NCBI GenBank assembly: GCA_038213805.1 | Contig: JBBQSO010000023.1 | Span: 1 to 64,000 of the forward strand | Reading direction: 5' to 3' | Origin: Planctomycetota bacterium | GTDB taxonomy: Bacteria > Planctomycetota > UBA11346 | Length of the DNA stretch: 64,000 bases | Shown: positions 60,717-64,000 of the stretch, in pieces | Layout of the letters: every line of letters begins with the position of its first letter | Position numbering within the stretch: the first letter of the stretch is position 1 | Position numbers and translations under genes: made by a program | Notes under the pieces: model-generated | The model's database searches: none | What the model was told of the DNA's origin: nothing | What the model saw: only the letters and a program-made list of their open reading frames with translations

Positions 60717-62406
60717 GCGTCCGGAGGTCCGGAAGTCCGGAAGTCCGGAAATCGGGGACCTGTCACTGCGGCCGGTGGCGGCGGGCCGCAAGCGTCCATC
60801 CGCGCCCCAGGTCGCAGCCGAGCAGACTGCCAACCCGCCGCCCACCGGAGCCGCTGCGCGCAGCGCGCCGCCGCGGACTTCCGGACTTCCGGACTTCCGG
60901 ACCTCCGGACCCGCCCTCCGCATCCGCGCATGCAACCGCAGCCCGGTGCGCAGCGACGGCACCTTCGTGCTCTACTGGATGATCGCCAATCGGCGCACCA
61001 GCTGGAACCACAGCCTCGACCGCGCGGTCGGTTGGGCGCGCGAACTGGGCCGACCGCTGCTCATCCTCGAGGCGCTGCGCTGCGGCTACCCGTGGGCGAG
61101 CGCGCGGCTGCACCGCTTCGTGCTGCAGGGCATGGCCGACAACGCCGTGGCCTGCGCGCGCGCCGGAGTCGCCTACCATGCCTACGTCGAGGACCGGCCG
61201 GGCGCCGGCACTGGTCTGCTCGAGAGCCTGGGGCGCGAGGCCTGCGTGGTCGTCACCGATGAGTTTCCCTGCTTCTTCCTGCCGCGCATGGTCGCGGCGG
61301 CGGCCAGCCGCATGCCGGTACTGCTCGAGGCGGTCGATGGGAATGGCGTGCTGCCGCTCGCCGCGGCCGACCACGCCTTCCCGACGGCGTACGCATTCCG
61401 CCGTTTCCTGCAAAAGACCTTGCCGGCGCACCTCGGCGCCGCGCCGCGCGCCAAGCCCTTCGCTGGCGCGCCGTTGCCGCGCCTGGCCACCCCGCCCGCG
61501 GCGTTCACGCGCTGGCCCGCGGCCGCTGCGGCGTTGCTCGCCGGGGACGCGACCGCGCTCGCCGCGCTGCCCATCGACCACGGCGTGGCGCCAGTCGCGT
61601 TGACCGGCGGGGCGGTCGCGGCAGAGCGCCAGCTCGAGGGCTTCCTCGACCAGCGCCTCGCACGCTACGGCGAGGAGCGCAGCCTGGTGGCGAATGACTG
61701 TGCGAGCGGCCTGTCCCCCTGGCTGCATTTCGGCCACATCTCGGCGCACGCGGTGCTGGCACGCGTGCTGGCGCGCGAGGACTGGTCACCCGAGCGACTC
61801 GGCCAGCGCTGCGACGGCAAGAAGGAGGGCTGGTGGGGGCTGAGTGCGAGCGCGGAGTCCTTCCTCGACGAACTGGTCACGTGGCGCGAGCTCGGCTACG
61901 TGTTCTGTCAGCGCACGCCTGATCACGACTGCTACGAGTCGCTGCCGCCGTGGGCGCGCGCGACCCTCGACCAGCATACCGCCGACGCGCGCCAGCACCG
62001 CTACTCCCTGGACGACTTCTCCGCCGGACGCACCCACGATCCGCTGTGGAACGCCGCGCAGGGTCAGTTGCGCACCACCGGGCGCATGCACAACTACCTG
62101 CGCATGTTGTGGGGGAAGAAGATCCTGGAATGGACCGCGCACCCGCGCGAGGCGCTGGCGGTGATGATCGACCTCAACAACCGCTATGCCCTCGACGGGC
62201 GCGATCCCAACAGCTACAGCGGGATCTTCTGGTGCCTGGGGCGCTTCGACCGGCCGTGGGCGCCGCAGCGGCCGATCTTTGGACAGATCCGCTACATGAG
62301 CTCCGCCAATACCGCGCGCAAGATGCGCGTCACCGAGTACATCGCCACCTATGCCCCCGCTGCGCCCGGGACCCCTGATGGTCAGCAGCGCCTGTTCAAC
62401 CCATGA
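60706..62406 (+). CDS. phr: Class II CPD deoxyribodipyrimidine photolyase with an in-frame repeat insert at the N-terminus
   Basis: VLYWM, SGLSPWLHFGHIS, ELVTWREL, THDPLWNAAQ, MHNYLRMLWGKKILEW, DGRDPNSY and FGQIRYM. Confidence 0.92.
   Translation: MTNRRPEVRKSGSPEIGDLSLRPVAAGRKRPSAPQVAAEQTANPPPTGAAARSAPPRTSGLPDFRTSGPALRIRACNRSPVRSDGTFVLYWMIANRRTSWNHSLDRAVGWARELGRPLLILEALRCGYPWASARLHRFVLQGMADNAVACARAGVAYHAYVEDRPGAGTGLLESLGREACVVVTDEFPCFFLPRMVAAAASRMPVLLEAVDGNGVLPLAAADHAFPTAYAFRRFLQKTLPAHLGAAPRAKPFAGAPLPRLATPPAAFTRWPAAAAALLAGDATALAALPIDHGVAPVALTGGAVAAERQLEGFLDQRLARYGEERSLVANDCASGLSPWLHFGHISAHAVLARVLAREDWSPERLGQRCDGKKEGWWGLSASAESFLDELVTWRELGYVFCQRTPDHDCYESLPPWARATLDQHTADARQHRYSLDDFSAGRTHDPLWNAAQGQLRTTGRMHNYLRMLWGKKILEWTAHPREALAVMIDLNNRYALDGRDPNSYSGIFWCLGRFDRPWAPQRPIFGQIRYMSSANTARKMRVTEYIATYAPAAPGTPDGQQRLFNP
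60719..60910. repeat. 192 bp inverted octamer-array element (CCGGAAGT)n ... (ACTTCCGG)n
   Basis: Arms at 60719-60752 and 60877-60910 with inverted ends GTCCGGAGG / CCTCCGGAC. Confidence 0.9.
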
Positions 62407-62596
62407 CGCCGATTCTTTCGAATGGTTATCCTCGCCAAGATGCCACGTCGCCAAGCTCGGCCACAATGCTCCGCAGCTTCGCCACCTCTGGACCTGCCGC
62501 TTGCGGTCGGTGCATGCGTCCCAGCGTGAGCCCACCCAGGTTGACCGTCCCTCGGCACCGTCGAGCCCTGGCGATCAATCTCATGGGGGATGCCGA

Positions 62597-63964
62597 ATGA
62601 CGACGTTCCGCGCCACGCGTGAACTGCCGGTCGACGCCGCCACCGCCTATGCCTGGCATGCTGGCGCGGGCGCACTGGAGCGGCTGCTGCCGCCCTTCTC
62701 CGGCGTCCGGCTGTGCGGCAGTGCCGGGGGTATCAGTGAGGGCGCACGCACCGAACTCTCGGTGCCGCTGCTCGGGCCGCTACGCACGCGCTGGATCGCC
62801 CGCCACGAACTGCCACAGCCCGGCAGCTCATTCTGCGACGTCCAGGAGCGCGGGCCGTTCGCCGCATGGCGGCATGTCCACCGCTTCCTGCCGTCGGCCA
62901 GCGGCTGCACGTTGGAGGACGAGGTCACGTATGCGCTGCCTGGCGGAGCGCTTGGCCGTTTGCTGGCGGGTGGGCAGGCCGGTCGCGAACTCGCGCGCGT
63001 CTTCGCGTGGCGCCAGCGCCGCACCGCGTTCGACCTTGAGCACCTCGCACGCGGCGCCGGACGGCCACCGCTGACGGTCGCGATCACCGGCGCCAGCGGC
63101 ATGGTCGCCGGACAGTTGCGCCCCTTCCTGACCAGCGGCGGCCACCGCGTGATCAGCCTGCGCCGCGGCGCAGCACGACACGGCGACGAGGCCGCGTGGG
63201 ATCCTGCGAGCGGAAAAATCGACGACACGGCGCTCGATGGCTGCGATGCGATCGTGCATCTCGCCGGCGCCAACGTTGCGCGACGGTGGACGGCTGCGGG
63301 CAAGGCGCTGATCCGCGACAGCCGCGTCGATCCGACGCGCGCGCTGTGCTCGGCCCTGGCGGCGCGCGCGAAGCGACCGCGCGTGCTGGTGTGCGCCTCG
63401 GGCGTCGGGTTCTACGGCGATCGTGGCTACGGTGCGGTCGATGAACAGGCCGCGGCAGGCCACGATTTCCTCGCCGACGTCTGCCGTGGCTGGGAGGACG
63501 CTTGCGAGCCGGCGCGGCAGGCCGGCATCCGCGTCGTCAATCTGCGCATCGGGGTGGTGCTCAGCCCCCTGGGCGGTGCCCTGGCGAAGCTGCTTCCGCC
63601 GTTCCGGCTTGGGGGCGGAGGGCGCGTCGGTTCCGGCACCCAGGTGATGAGCTGGATCAGTCTCGACGACCTAGTCTACGCCCTGCACCACGCCCTGCTC
63701 TGTGATGATCTGTCCGGTCCGGTCAACGCCACCGCCCCTACGCCAGCCAGCAATGCCGACCTGACTGCGACGCTGGCGCGTGTTCTGCACCGCCCGCACC
63801 TGCTGCCCATGCCGGCCTGGGCGGTCGGCGCGCTGTTCGGCGAAATGGGCCGCAATCTGCTGCTGACCGGCGTGCGGGCCGTGCCAAGACGCCTTCAGGA
63901 AAGCGGTTTCCGCTTCGCGGATCCCGATCTGGAGGCGGCCTTGCGCACGATGCTGGGCCGTTGA
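62597..63964 (+). CDS. SRPBCC + TIGR01777 (YfcH-like) NAD-dependent epimerase fusion
   Basis: WH...AL.RL.PP, GPFAAWRHVH, ITGASGMV, HLAG, SRV..T, WE and WISLDD. Confidence 0.92.
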   Translation: MTTFRATRELPVDAATAYAWHAGAGALERLLPPFSGVRLCGSAGGISEGARTELSVPLLGPLRTRWIARHELPQPGSSFCDVQERGPFAAWRHVHRFLPSASGCTLEDEVTYALPGGALGRLLAGGQAGRELARVFAWRQRRTAFDLEHLARGAGRPPLTVAITGASGMVAGQLRPFLTSGGHRVISLRRGAARHGDEAAWDPASGKIDDTALDGCDAIVHLAGANVARRWTAAGKALIRDSRVDPTRALCSALAARAKRPRVLVCASGVGFYGDRGYGAVDEQAAAGHDFLADVCRGWEDACEPARQAGIRVVNLRIGVVLSPLGGALAKLLPPFRLGGGGRVGSGTQVMSWISLDDLVYALHHALLCDDLSGPVNATAPTPASNADLTATLARVLHRPHLLPMPAWAVGALFGEMGRNLLLTGVRAVPRRLQESGFRFADPDLEAALRTMLGR

Positions 63965-64000
63965 CCGGTGCTGAGCGGCGCACGCCCGAGAGGGGCGCGC

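Overview
A high-GC bacterial chromosomal window, probably from the PVC group and most likely Planctomycetota. The evidence is DUF1549/1553/1501 and DUF1592/1552-type gene pairs, heme-motif proteins and many prepilin-like genes. It carries about 50 CDS. These include: a minus-strand MoxR AAA+/DUF58/SpoIIM/RDD cassette with three B-box-like zinc-finger membrane proteins, lying between a plus-strand DUF58 gene and a transglutaminase gene; ligA with a low-GC core; sufE; a Sel1-repeat lipoprotein; a HEXXH protein/lipoprotein pair; a GH5-PKD-CBM6 glycosidase; thiS; five prepilin-like genes followed by an O-antigen-ligase-like gene; queD; ubiE/menG; a PIN-TRAM gene and a PLD gene; a GT9; a polyprenyl synthetase; a solute-binding protein coupled to a hybrid kinase; pcnB; truA; gmk; a degenerate S26 operon; clpS; a class II photolyase; and a TIGR01777 protein. 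The most unusual non-genic signal is a dispersed family of 60-290 bp elements whose two arms are inverted arrays of 7-9 nt tandem repeats. One (CCGGAAGT)n copy sits in-frame in the 5' end of the photolyase gene. Another sits between the convergent PIN-TRAM and PLD genes, which have no nearby stop codons and read completely through each other. A separate 166 bp MITE with terminal inverted repeats (TIRs) and an unannotated 38-aa basic ORF were also found. I recognised no rRNA, tRNA, CRISPR array or transposase. All family assignments come from motif recognition by eye, not database searches.
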